From Malacoraja senta (Eukaryota): a DNA stretch of 64,000 bases. The position numbers were made by a program, and so were the translations under genes. Positions within the stretch are counted from its first letter, which is position 1; each line of letters begins with the position of its first letter. The stretch is from the NCBI GenBank assembly GCA_038087875.1, contig CM075995.1:3722001-3786000 (forward strand), written 5' to 3'. Under the pieces are notes generated by a model. It made no database searches and was not told the DNA's origin. It saw nothing but the letters and a program-made list of their open reading frames with translations. Below, in pieces: positions 1 to 11,195 of the stretch.

Positions 1-196
1 AGTCTATTTGTCACATGTACATACAAGATGTGCAGTAAAATGAAAGTGGCAATGCTTGCGGATTGTGCAAAACAAGGGAACAGGTGGTCCTGAATGTATA
101 TTGCCATTTACCACTACTACTAATGCAAGGGCATTCGTTGCCCTTGCCCTGTAAACCAACCCTGGTTCTGCAAATCCTGTCATGCCACCCCCCTTT

Positions 197-434
197 TTGA
201 AAAGCTTCATACGGGCCTGAGAGAGCAGTCCTGAACTACTATCTACTTCATTGGTGGCCCTCGGACTATCTTTGATTGGACCTTGCACTAAAAGTTATTC
301 CTTCATCATGTGTCTGTACACTGTAAATGGCTCGATTGTAATCATGTATTGTCTTTCCACTGACTGGATAGCACACAACAAAAGCTTTTAATTGTACCTC
401 GGTACACGTGACAATAATCTAAACTAAACTAAAC
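197..434 (+). mobile_element. 3' UTR fragment of a Rex1/Babar-like LINE with (AAACT)n tail
   Basis: The same sequence recurs at 2660-2960(-), 21860-23770(-), 32420-32745(-) and 56806-57380(-). At the last site it is contiguous with a Rex1-like RT C-terminus. Confidence 0.6.
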
Positions 435-626
435 AGAGTCTAAATCCTTCTTCATTTGGTAAGCGGTGTACATTGGCATGCCCTAGCTTCTAATTCAGCA
501 TTCATCTAGCCCGAAGTCTGCAAGATCCGATCCCTGCCTCAGGTAAGTCTCTGTCCCTTAAATGTCAAAGTAAATGCTCACAGGGGGCAACACGTTGTAG
601 ATGACCAGAATGTCCACTCTACCTGT

Positions 627-1043
627 AGTCATAGAGTGATACAGTGTGGGAAAAGTCCCTTCGGCCCAACTTCACCACACCGACGAACATGTCCCTGTAT
701 TCAAGAGATTTAGATATTGCTCTTATGGCTAATGGAATCAAGGGATATGGGGAGAAAGCAGGGTACTGATTTTGGATGATCAGCCATGATCATATTGAAT
801 CGCCGTGCTGGCTCAAAGGGCAGAATTGCCTACTCCTGCACCTATATTCTATGTTTCTATGTCCCAGCTACACTAGTCCCGCTTGCATGCTTTTGGTCCA
901 TATCCCTCCACACATGTCCTACCCATGTACCTGTCTAACTGTTTCTTAAACATTGGGATAGTCCCAGCCTCAACTACCTCCTCTGGCAGCTCGTTCCATT
1001 CACTCACCACCCTTAGTGTGAAAAAGCTACCCGTCAGATTCCT
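627..1043 (-). mobile_element. CR1 LINE 3' fragment containing a nested + strand CR1 3' end (696-858)
   Basis: Translation FFTLRVVSEWNELPEEVVEAG...FKKQLDRYM is the CR1 ORF2 C-terminus. The nested piece is flanked by ATGTCCC at 689-695 and 859-865. Confidence 0.8.
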
Positions 1044-1265
1044 AGTCATGACTTGTGTTGTCAGCCTGACTTGCTGCTTGGTTTGAGTTGTGAGTTGACA
1101 ATTGCTCACTGATTCTCTCAAGGAGAAGTTAACACCATGAAATAATTGCCAAGATCACAGTGTCAGATATTAATTTATCAGCCAAATGCTAAATCTTGAA
1201 ACAGTGCAGCTGAACACAACATAGACATCCCAGTTTCCACGTCTGGCTGGAAGCCACTTACAGCT

Positions 1266-1567
1266 TTAGTTTAGTTTAGTTAAGAGATACAGCGTGAAAA
1301 CAGGCCCTTCGGCCCACTGAGTCCACACAGACCAGCGATCCCCGCACATTACATTATCCTACACGTACTAGGGACAATTTACACTTGTACCAAGCCAATT
1401 AACCGACGTCTTCGGAGTGTGGGAGGAAACCGGAGATGTCGGAGATAACCCACGCAGGTCACAGGGAGAACGTAAAAACTCCATACAGACAGCACCAGTA
1501 GTCGGGATCGAACACGGGTCTCTGGCGCTGCAAGCGCTGTAAGGTAGCAACTCTACCGCCGCGCCAC
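1266..1567 (-). mobile_element. tRNA-derived SINE (HE1-like) with CR1-type tail
   Basis: The reverse complement has A-box and B-box (GTTCGATCC) like motifs, the shared SINE body and an (AAACT)n tail. There are more than 10 copies in the window. Confidence 0.8.
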
Positions 1568-2116
1568 AGAGCAGTTTGAGCTTTGTTTGAGCGAATATTG
1601 TACCATCAGCTCTTACATGTCTTTCCCTGCTGCAATTTGCAGGTCAATAACTAGTTACCATTAACTGAGCAGATTTGTTTTCTTGGCAAAAATAAGATAC
1701 AAGATGCTTATAAGATGCTTTGCCAATATCGTTACGAAATCCCAAACACCTAGTCCAAACTTACTGTTCCTGACATGGCTGAAATTAGTGATAGTGCATG
1801 AAGGCCAATAGATGCATGCAACAATGTCAAATGGCATGCAGCACATGCTAACCATCAAAAAATTCTCAAGCTCATTGTTCTTGAGCAACAAAGGACTTAG
1901 CCGATGAAGTGAGTCTTGCTTTAGCTTTAGAAAAGCACATCCTTAAATAATCAGTTGCCAATGAGGTTGAGTCATCCAACATCTTCCATTAGGTTTCAAT
2001 GGAATAGGTGAAGTTTTGGGTCGAGGTCCTTATCTCGGCCTAAAACGTCACCTACTCCATTTTTTCCCGAGATGCTGCCTGACCCGCTGAGTTACTCCAG
2101 CATTTTGTGTCTATGA

Positions 2117-2600
2117 AATTGATCCCTGGGATGGCGGGACTGTCATATGAGGAAAGATTGAACAGACTAGGCTTGTATTCACTGGAATTTAGAAGGATGA
2201 GGGGTGTTCTTATAGAAACATAAAATTATAAAAGGACTGGACAAGCTAGATGCAGGAAAAATGTTCCCAATGTTGGGCGAGTCCAGAACCAGGGGCCACA
2301 GTCTTAGAATAAAGGGGAGGCCATTTAAGACTGAGGTGAGAAAAAACGTTTTCACCCAGAGAGTTGTGAATTTATGGAATTCCCTGCCACAGAGGGCAGT
2401 GGAGGCCAAATCACTGGATGGATTTAAGAGAGAGTTAGACAGAGCTCTAGTGGCTAATGGAGTCAAGGGATATGGGGAGAAGGCAGGCACGGGTTATTGA
2501 TAGGGGACGATCAGCCATGATCACAATGAATGGCGGTGCTGGCTCGAAGGGCCGAATGGCCTCCTCCTGCACCTAGTTTGTATGTTTCTATGTTTCTATG
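2117..2600 (+). mobile_element. CR1 LINE 3' end
   Basis: ORF2 C-terminus SRTRGHSLRI...FTQRVVNLWNSLP, followed by the conserved CR1 3' UTR and a (TATGTTTC)n tail. Confidence 0.9.
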
Positions 2601-3249
2601 CTTCTATTTTCAGTGTAAACCAATACCTGCATGCAGTTCATTCCCACATGCTCTCTCATCAGTTTAGTTTAGTTTATTGTAACGGGTACAGTGAAAAGCT
2701 TTTGCTGCGTGCTAACCAGTCAGCGGAAAGACAATACATGATTATAATCGAGCCTTCCACATGATGAAGGGAGTAACGTGAATAACGTTTAGTGCAAAAT
2801 AAAGCCAGTAAAGTCCGATTAAAGATAGTCAGAGGATCTCCAATGAGATAGATAGCAATTCAGGACTGCTCTCTGGTTGTGGTAGGATGGTGCAGTTGCC
2901 TGATAATTGCTGGGAAGAAACTGTCCCTGAATCTGGAGATGTGCGTTTTCACACTTCTATCCCTAGGTCCTAGTTTGGGTGATTATCTTGGTCTTTCTCC
3001 CAACCCCTATTCACCGTCCACAGGATCCCACAGGCAACAGTACCGCCGACCACTTGCCTCACTCTCTAACCCCTGTCCTTTTAGTAACTTGCTTTCAGAA
3101 TACCATCTGCCTCACTGCTAATGTTCTAATGCATTATCCCATCAACCCAATCCCAACCTCCACCACAACCCACACCTTCACAGATTGTCAGCACGCCCTT
3201 TCCTGAGCCTTGGTAACCCTAGTCGCAGCCTGTTTCTCTGCTCCCCTCT

Positions 3250-3745
3250 TTATCTCACCCAAGCACGACATCCGGAGGCTGCAGCGTATCGTTCGATCAG
3301 CTGAGAAGGTTGTTGGCTGCAACCTTCCCCCCATTGACGAACTGTACACTGCAAGGGCCAGGAAGCGAGCAGGTAAGATCATCTCTGACCCCTCTCACCC
3401 TGGCCACAAACTCTTTGAAGCACTTCCCTCTGGACGGCAACTCTGGACCGTCAAAGCCGCCACAGCCAGACATTAAAAAACGTTTTTTTTTTCACGAGCA
3501 GTAGCTCTACTCAATAACCAAAAGTCTGTAGCTTCCTTTTGCTCTGGTATTTAATTTCATTCACATGTTTAAACTATAATGTTTTATTCTTAATGTTTTA
3601 ATGTTTTATGTTTTATTCTTAATGGTTTACTGTGTGTCGTGTTGTTACTTGCGAGCGGAGCACCAAGGCAAATTCCTTGTATGTGTATACACTTGGCCAA
3701 TAAACATATTAATCAATTAATTCATTCATTCATTCCTTCATTCAT
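3250..3745 (+). mobile_element. Rex1/Babar-like LINE 3' fragment
   Basis: RLQRIVRSAEKVVG...IISDPSHPGHKLFEALPSGR is typical of the Rex1-group RT C-terminus. AATAAA is followed by an (ATTC)n tail. Confidence 0.75.
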
Positions 3746-4567
3746 TCTGTGGACCTGGTCCTAGCACAGGTGGGGCAAAGTTGCTTGTGCGTAACACCCT
3801 CTACCTCATATGTGACATAACTGCACTGCTGAGAGTGCCCATTTAAGGGCTGACAAATGCAACTACAGTGCATGTACAATGGTTCAATGGCACAATCAGA
3901 AATACACTGAGTAACAGAACAGAGCATCAACAAAGAACAAAATGGAACCGAATGAAAACCATGGTCAGTGCAATAATTGAAGATGTAATAGTGGATGATA
4001 CTTATTCTTGCTGTCAGAATAGAATAGTGGGCAGCACGGTGGTGCAGTGGTAGAGCTGCTGCCTCATGGCTCCAGAGACCCGGGTTCGATCCTGACCACG
4101 GCTGCTGGCTGTATGGAGTTTGTACCTTCCTCCTGTGACCTGCGTGGATTTTCTCCAGGAGCCCGGGTTTCTCCCCCCACTCCAAAGACGTGCAGGTTTG
4201 TAGGTTAATTTGCTTGGTAAAATTGTAAATTGTTCTTACTGTGTGTCGTCGTGGCTATCCTTCGAGGTCGAAGATGATGGTCTACGTTCTGTTGTTTTAA
4301 TGGACTCTCAGGTGGCTTATGAGCCCAATCCTGGCTTTGCAGCTCACAGAACGAAGACGCCTGTGTGTGTGTTTGTTTGTTTAACGTGTACTTGATTTTG
4401 CACTCCAAGAAGCACATGGTCCTTCACAAATCAATCAACTAATTCCAATGGCAAGGGAACCAAGACGATTGGAGCTGATTGATCTGTTGCAGCCTTCATC
4501 CGCCTTCACAGCCGTTGAGTTCAAGATAACTTTGTCCGCCTGGTCCGCTGCTGAGGTCTTGTAGGTT

Positions 4568-5648
4568 GGATCGTTCTTAGTGTGGACACTCATCCTCGAC
4601 CTTACTGCCATGGGTGGCCCTACCAGAAGCTGGTGCTTTTGATAATTGCTCGTTTCTAAGCTTCCCCCCAGTCTAGTAAAGTAAGTAAAGTAAATGTATT
4701 TATATAGCACTTTTCAATCAATTTCAATCAAAGAAGCCAAAGTGCTTTACAGAGAAAATTATCCATATAAATGAAAAAAAAGAGGTAGAAAAAAGACACA
4801 ACACACTATAAGAAATTCAACACGACCATCCCCCCACAGCAGAGTCGACACTCTCCACTGTGAGGGAAAGGCACCAAAATGTCCAGTCCTCCTCTTCTTC
4901 CTCCTAGTCCACCTAGTCTAATTTCAGTTAAAACACTGAATTAAGCACTTGAAATTTTATTTTACCAAAAGTGCGTCACAGATCACACACAGTACCTATC
5001 CCACCACGGGTTCAATCCTCGCGTCTGCCTGTTCAAGCCCTCCAGGCATCGCTCAGACAGAGGCACTCCAGAAGTTCACGCAGTTCCGAGCGCTCTTCCA
5101 GAAGTTCGACGCTGAGCCTCGTGATTGTGGACTTTTATATGTCCCGGGACCTCAAGAGGCCGAACCACATGGGGGTAGTCTCTCAATCACCCAATTACAG
5201 ATATCGATTAACCCCATACATAACAGACATTTACCCTGATTAACAGAAAACCCAGACAAGGCTCAACACCTCATCCAATCAACACTTGGCAAAGGCAGAC
5301 TCTGCAACATTATTTACAACTATTTACAAGGTGTATGTCTGGTTTGCAGCCATCCAATCCATTCTATATATTTTGCACCAGATTAACAGGGTTTGTAGAT
5401 CTTCCCATACTTTGCTTGTAAATTGTATCTATGCTCCAGACACTCTGGCTCCTCTTTGCAGCTTGTCCCAGCTCTGCAGAGAGTAATTCCAATTTGTCCA
5501 AATCTCCCAGCAACCCTGAAACTTAACCCCATTTTGAAGTCCTAGCTGCTCCAATTTAGCCAGGATTAACACTTCCGACGGCAGCGCTCTCGGAATCATG
5601 AGGTCACGCAAGCCTCTTCATCACGACAAGGTAAACGATCCGAAGATG
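4568..5648 (-). ncRNA. HDV-like ribozyme fold at the RTE 5' end, split in P4 by the solo LTR (parts 5572-5648 and 4568-4639)
   Basis: P1 CATCTTC/GAAGAGG (1 mismatch), P2 GGATCGTTT/GAACGATCC, P3 ACC/GAT (1 mismatch), L3 TTGTCGT, J4/2 CTAA (4580-4577). Confidence 0.6.
4640..5571 (-). mobile_element. Solo LTR
   Basis: TG...CA ends (TGATAA...TTAACA) with 4-bp flanks CTTT/CTTC. On the minus strand TATAAAA (~5133-5139) precedes AATAAA (~4956-4961). It carries its own insert at ~4676-4914, flanked by AGTCTA. Confidence 0.65.
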
Positions 5649-5974
5649 TTACTGTGTGTAGGATAGTGTTAGTGTGCGGGGATCGCTTGTCGGAACGCTC
5701 TCGGTGGGCCGAAGAGCCTGTATCTCTAAACTAAACAGTTTTGTAACTTATCTCACATTCCCTGTCCCCAACATGTTAGAATCAACACCACGGTGAATTT
5801 TAATTTTACACTGATTTTGATAGCAAGAACAGGAATGCTGTTCTCCATACAATTGATTCATCCCTCTAAACCTTTCCAATCCATGTATCTTTTCCAATAC
5901 CTTGGAAATGTTGTTCTACTACCTGCCTCAGCTACCTCCTCGGGCAGCTCCATATACCCACCACCCTCAAGTAA

Positions 5975-6159
5975 ATGTAGGAAGGAACTGCAGATGTTGG
6001 TTTACATCGTAGACAATGCGGGAGTAACTCAGTGGGACAGGCAGCATCTCTGGATAGAAGGAATGGGTGACTTTTCGGGTCGAGACCCTTCTTCAGACCA
6101 TGTTTTGGGTCGGGACCCTTCTTCAGACCATGTTTCCGGTCAAGACTGTTCTTCTGACC
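5975..6159 (-). mobile_element. Penelope-derived short repeat with three tandem 30-bp hammerhead-core units
   Basis: The minus strand reads CTGAAGAAGGGTCTCGACCCGAAA. The unit is repeated with 30-bp period over 6071-6159. Confidence 0.65.
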
Positions 6160-6635
6160 TTTTAATTTACTTTACTTAATTCACTGATTTACTTTAAACA
6201 GTATTTGGAAAACAGGCATGGATCAGAGTCACAGGCAGTACACGTACTTGAGATTCCGAGCATTTGAAAATAGGGCTAAATTGCAAAAAAGTTAGAATCT
6301 TACCTTATTACTTTCATGCCCCTTAAATATCTCCATATTTCAACACAGCTTTACTGAAAACATTGAGATTGATCTACTTCAAAATGCACGAATAAGATAA
6401 GCAGCTTGAATTCATATTCACATTTTTGTCTCCCATCCTATCGATTATTTTCTAATTGCCTGTGGATATGGATTCCTTTCAGCTTACTGTTGTGTCACCA
6501 GCTGTTGCTCCCACTGTTACCGAAGGATTGTTTCACAGATACCATTGTGCTTTTCATTTTGGCTGCCACAGACCTCACATTCCCTGTTTCTAGTCTCCTC
6601 CAGATATGTCACCCTTCAACTTTCGTTCAGTTTTG

Positions 6636-6930
6636 TTTAGTTTAGAGATACAGTGCAGAAACAGGCCCTTAAGCCCACTGAGTCAGCACCGGCCAGCGAA
6701 CCCCGTACACACTGTCCAACACACGAGGGACAATTTACTATCTTTGCCGAAGCCAATTAACCTACAAATCTGTATGTCTTTGGAATGTGGGAGGAAACCG
6801 GAGCACCCGGGGAAAACCCACGCGGTCACGTGGGGAAAGTACACCGTACAGACGGCAACTGTAGTCAGGATCGAACCCGGGTCTCTGGCGACGTAAGGCA
6901 GCAACTCTACCGCTGCCTAACAGTGCCGCC
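6636..6930 (-). mobile_element. tRNA-derived SINE
   Basis: Same family as 1266-1567, with B box GGTTCGATCC on the minus strand. Confidence 0.8.
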
Positions 6931-7471
6931 TACTTACTCTGTATACTATGGATGGCTTCATTACAATCATGTGTTGTCTTTCCACTGACTGGTTAGCACA
7001 TAACTGAAGCTTTTCACTGTACAGTACTAACTAACTAAGACATTGTAAAATGTCTGAGTGTAGTTTAGTACAGTAAAAGCCAGGCACTATTTTTGCAATG
7101 TCCTTCTTAAACCCCTAGCACTCTCTTTCAAAACCCAACTCTTGGACTAACCTTTTGCTCGTCTTACTCTGTCATCCAATTACATGTTGGAGTCAAATTT
7201 TATTGTGATTGGGACTTGAGTGAAGGTTTATGCGATATTATCTGCGATGCACAGATGCACAGTGACCCTGGGTGTTGTCGACTGCTGTACCCGATACAGC
7301 CTCTGGTCTATTATAGTGAATGTGCGGACAAATTATAATGGTAGGTCCACAGAACGGAGAAACAAAGTATTTAATCCCAAGTATAATGTAAAATACACAA
7401 ACCCACGTTTGAATTTGTCAACCCAATTTCTACCCAATGTTCCTCCCTGGACAGAATCATAGAGTCATAGA

Positions 7472-7850
7472 GTCGGCATGGACAAGTTGTGCCGAAGGGC
7501 CAGTTTCTATGTGATATCTTCATCTTATCGAGTCCACACACAAGATTAGAAGTTGTTCAGCCAGAGCTGAAGACACTTCTCGGCATCTGCATACAATGGT
7601 ATCTGTCTTGTTGCTTCTTATTGTGCATAGGGGTGAAGGAAAGAGCGTTCACGTTGCGGCCCTGTTTCCACCAATCTTTCCACCACCACTCACAAGAAGC
7701 ACAAGAAGCAACAAGACAGATACCACTGTATGCAGATGCCGAGAAGTGTCTTCAGCTCTGGCTGCACAACTTCTAATCTTGTGTGTGGACTCGATAAGAT
7801 GAAGATATCACATAGAAACTGGCCCTTCGGCCCAACTTGTCCATGCCGAC
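7472..7850. repeat. Long inverted repeat (148-bp arms 7472-7619 and 7703-7850, 83-bp spacer)
   Basis: The arms are near-perfect reverse complements with about 3 mismatches by eye. The ORF track shows the same peptide, PKGQFLCDIFILSSPHTRLEVV, on both strands. Confidence 0.9.
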
Positions 7851-8579
7851 CCCATTGATGCTTGTCCCACCTGCCTGCATTTGGCCCATATCCCTCTAAA
7901 CCTTTCCAATCCATGTATTTGTCCAAATGTGTTTCAAATGGTGCTATAATACATGCCTCAGCTATTTCCTCTGGAAGCTCGTTCCATATACCCACCACCC
8001 TCAATTATATGTAGGAAGGAACTTCAGATGCTGGTCTACATCGAAGATAGGCACAAAATGCTGGAGTAACTCAGCGAGACAGACAGCATCTCTGGAGAGA
8101 AGGAATAGGTGACATCACATATTCCTTCTCTCCAGAGATGCTGCCTGCCCTGCTTTTTGTATCAACCCGCAAGTATATTATGTTTCAACTAGAATTTCAA
8201 ACCGCAGAAACTTATCTTCCACACTTTTCCGATCCTTCTTTCATGAGATAAAGGCCAATGCTCCGTTTTTTTTTTAAATTCTTGTCGATAGATGTTAGTT
8301 GTGCCAGCATTTGGTCACATCAATCTTTTTGTTCCATCAGCCGTTCAATTTGCTCACTGTTGGGAAAATACGCTGTTCTATATTTGGAATGGAAAGGGGG
8401 GAGATGTCTGCACGGGTTAAAATAATACAGTTTTGGGTGGAAAAATGATCAATTAACCATCTCCTATCATTCAAAAGTGCACATTCCAAATATTGGTGTA
8501 GCAATTAAGAACAAATGTAACTGCTTTGACAGACAAACAGTTACCGGCTGTTGTTCAGAGATAGACAAGCAAAAGGACA

Positions 8580-8857
8580 AGGGGTAGGCCATTTAGAACG
8601 GAGATGAGGAACAACTTTTTCACCCAGAGAGTTGTGAATCTGTGGAATTCTCTGCCTCAGAAGGCGGTGGAGGCCGATTCTCTGGATGCTTTCAAGGGAG
8701 AGTTAGATAGAGCTCTTAAAGATAGCGGTGCCAAGGGATATGGGGAGAAGGCAGGAACGGGGTACTGATTGAGGATGATGAGCCATGATCACAGTGAATG
8801 GCGGTGCTGGCTCAAAGGGCCAAATGGCCTACTTCTGCACCTATTGTCTATTGTCTA
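8580..8857 (+). mobile_element. CR1 LINE 3' end
   Basis: CR1 ORF2 end and 3' UTR with a (CTATTGT)n tail. Confidence 0.85.
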
Positions 8858-9989
8858 ATATGAAAGAGTAGCTAGGATTCATGCAGAGGACAGAGCTTTT
8901 TATATGATTTTACATGGCCTTCATGAAATGGAGAATGTGGCTCAGTTGTGGCACTCTTAGCTCTGAGTGTGCAGATTGTCAATTCAAGTCCTATTCTCGA
9001 ACTGTACACAAGCTCACACTCAATACTGAGGGGGAAGGGGGGTGGGTGTGAGAACAAAGGAGGACCCTGCATGGAGGGACCACCGTGAGGGGAGGAGGAA
9101 GAACAAAGGAAGACACAGTGCGGGGGGGGGGGGGACTGCCGGAAGGGAGGGGGAGGGGGTGGGGGGGGCGAGAATAATGGTGGACCTGGCATGGGGATAC
9201 TTTGTAACTTTGTCTGCATCCTTTATGTTGCGACTATTTGCATACCTTGGGTATGCAACCAAAGAATTTCACTGTGACTTGTCACATGTCACATGTGACA
9301 ATAAAGTATTCAGCATCATCATCATCATGAATGCTTCACCATCAGAAATGCAGCCTTTGCAAGGGGATGCTAGCTGCTTCCTTGAGAGGAATGTATACCA
9401 TCCCAGGCTGCTACAAAGGAGAAGCAAAAACATTTTGTTTAGGTAAAAAGTGCAGGAAAATGCCCTCTGGTGCACCGAGTCCATGCTGACCAGCAATCCC
9501 CATACACTAACACTATCCTAAACTGAACTAAACTAAACTAAACTAAAGTAAAAAGCAATGAAGTATTCTTCCATTACTACATCTCAGCTTCAGCCTGAAT
9601 TTTTGTGATGAAGTCAAGTTTCAGTTTTCGTTTTAGACTAATGGAAATAGTCTCTAATTAATGGGAGCATTTGAGAAAAAAGAAACAGTGCTCATGTTTC
9701 ACGCTGATGACCTTTCTTCAAAATGAAGAAAACAGGATTCATCGTAGCTGTGTAGAGTTGAAGAGAAGTGGAAAGGGTGAAGCGAGCAAAGTGATTATCT
9801 GGCACAGAGCGGTAGGCAAGAGAAACTAAATGACTGAAATAATATTTGTGCTGGCTGGTCGGATGGTTGAGGTTTGTTAATTGCAACTTGAGGATTTTGT
9901 GTAACTCTGTCAACCACACCCCCCCCCCCCCTTTAATTTCCTCTGTTCCATGGAAGAAAAAAAAACATCCTATACGGTGACTCAAACGT

Positions 9990-10570
9990 TCCAATTCCAC
10001 ACCACTCGGTGGGCCGAGGAGAAACCGAGGCCGGAGCCACGCTGGTCGGAGCCCGCGGCTGACGGTGTCCGCAAAGCCTGGGTCGATGGAGCCCGCGGCC
10101 AGCCCCTGTGTCGATGGAGCCCGCAGGTCGGAGCCCGCGGCCATCAGCCCCTGTGTCGACGGAGCCATGCGGCTGGGGTCTGGGTCTGTGGAGCCCACGG
10201 CTGGGGCCAGGGCCGGTGCCACAGAGGTGTTCGGAGAGGACCCAGCGGTGATAGTGGAGAGGTCAGTGCGGCGGTCGATGAGGGCGCCGACCGACGGATG
10301 AAGATGGACCACGTGGAAGTGAGGACGCTGCTGTCAGGGGAAGGAACAAAGGAGGACCTAGCGTGGGGGGACCGCCATGAGGAAGAGAGGAGAGCAACGA
10401 AGGACCCGGCGTGGGCGGACCACCCTGAGGGGAATGGAGGGGGAGGGAGAACAAAGGGGGACCTGGCACTGGGCTACTTTCTGTGGCGACTATTTGCATA
10501 CCTTGGGTAAGCAAGCAAGGAATTTCACTGTGACTTGTAACATGTGACAATAAAGTATTCATTCATTCAC
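9990..10570 (+). mobile_element. Unclassified GC-rich non-autonomous retroelement with LINE-type tail
   Basis: Internal GTCGATGGAGCCCGCGG repeats. The 3' module GCGACTATTTGCATACCTTGGG...GTGACAATAAAGTATTCATTC is shared with 9020-9330 and 24985-25130(-). Confidence 0.5.
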
Positions 10571-10904
10571 TTATTCATCCTGGTGAATCTCTCCTGAACT
10601 CTTTCCTCTTCAAACATGTGCTTCCTATAGACTTGCACCCAGAACGTGGACTGGACAGCAGGCAACAAAAAAAAGCTTTTCACTCTTACTTGGTATCCAT
10701 GACTATAATAAACTAAACTAAACTAAATTAAACGAAAAAGCTTTTTACTCTCCCTTGGTACACGTGAAAATACTAAACTAAACTAAACTAAATAAAAATA
10801 AACTAAGCGAAACTAAACTTAACTAAACTAAACTGCAATGAAGCATTCTTCCATTACTACATCACAGCTTCAGCTTAGATTTTGATGGTTTCGTTTTCAT
10901 TTTA

Positions 10905-11195
10905 GTTTTAGTTTTAGAGAAACAGGCACTTCGGCCACCAAGTCTGCGCCAGCCAGCGATCCCCGCACACTAACACTATCCTACACACATGAGGGACAAC
11001 TTATACCAAGCCAATTAGCCTACAAACCTGTATGTCTTTAGATTGTGGGAAGAAACCGGAGCTCCTGGAGAAATTCCAAGCATGTCAGGGGAAGAACATA
11101 CAAGCTCCGTACAGACAAGCCCCCGTGGTCAGGATCGAACCCAGATCTCTGGCGCCATAAGACAGCATCACTACCGCTGCGCCACCGTGCTGCCG
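10905..11195 (-). mobile_element. tRNA-derived SINE
   Basis: Same family as 1266-1567. Confidence 0.75.

Larger units (their letters stand above)
4247..5648 (-). mobile_element. Non-autonomous RTE-clade element (5' UTR plus 3' end), interrupted by a solo LTR
   Basis: The minus strand begins CATCTTCGGATCGTTTACCTTGTCGTGATGAAGAGGCTTGCG (RTE/BovB-like 5' UTR) and ends CATCTTCGACCTCGAAGGATAGCCACGACG (RTE-like 3' end). An 11-bp TSD flanks it, and there is no RT ORF. Confidence 0.75.
4029..5736 (+). mobile_element. tRNA-derived SINE split in two (4029-4246 and 5649-5736) by an insertion
   Basis: A box TGGTGCAGTGG and B box GGTTCGATCC. The body resumes at 5649 after the 11-bp duplication TTACTGTGTGT (4236-4246, 5649-5659). 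Confidence 0.85.

Noticed and set aside
4029..4100. tRNA genes at SINE heads
   Set aside because: A and B boxes are present, but each runs into the SINE body and tail, and I could not form a full cloverleaf.
9692..10510. ORFs of 186-206 aa as host genes
   Set aside because: They are open on several frames because of a GC-rich repeat, and have no recognisable domain. The same applies to 58004-58650 and 32950-33483.
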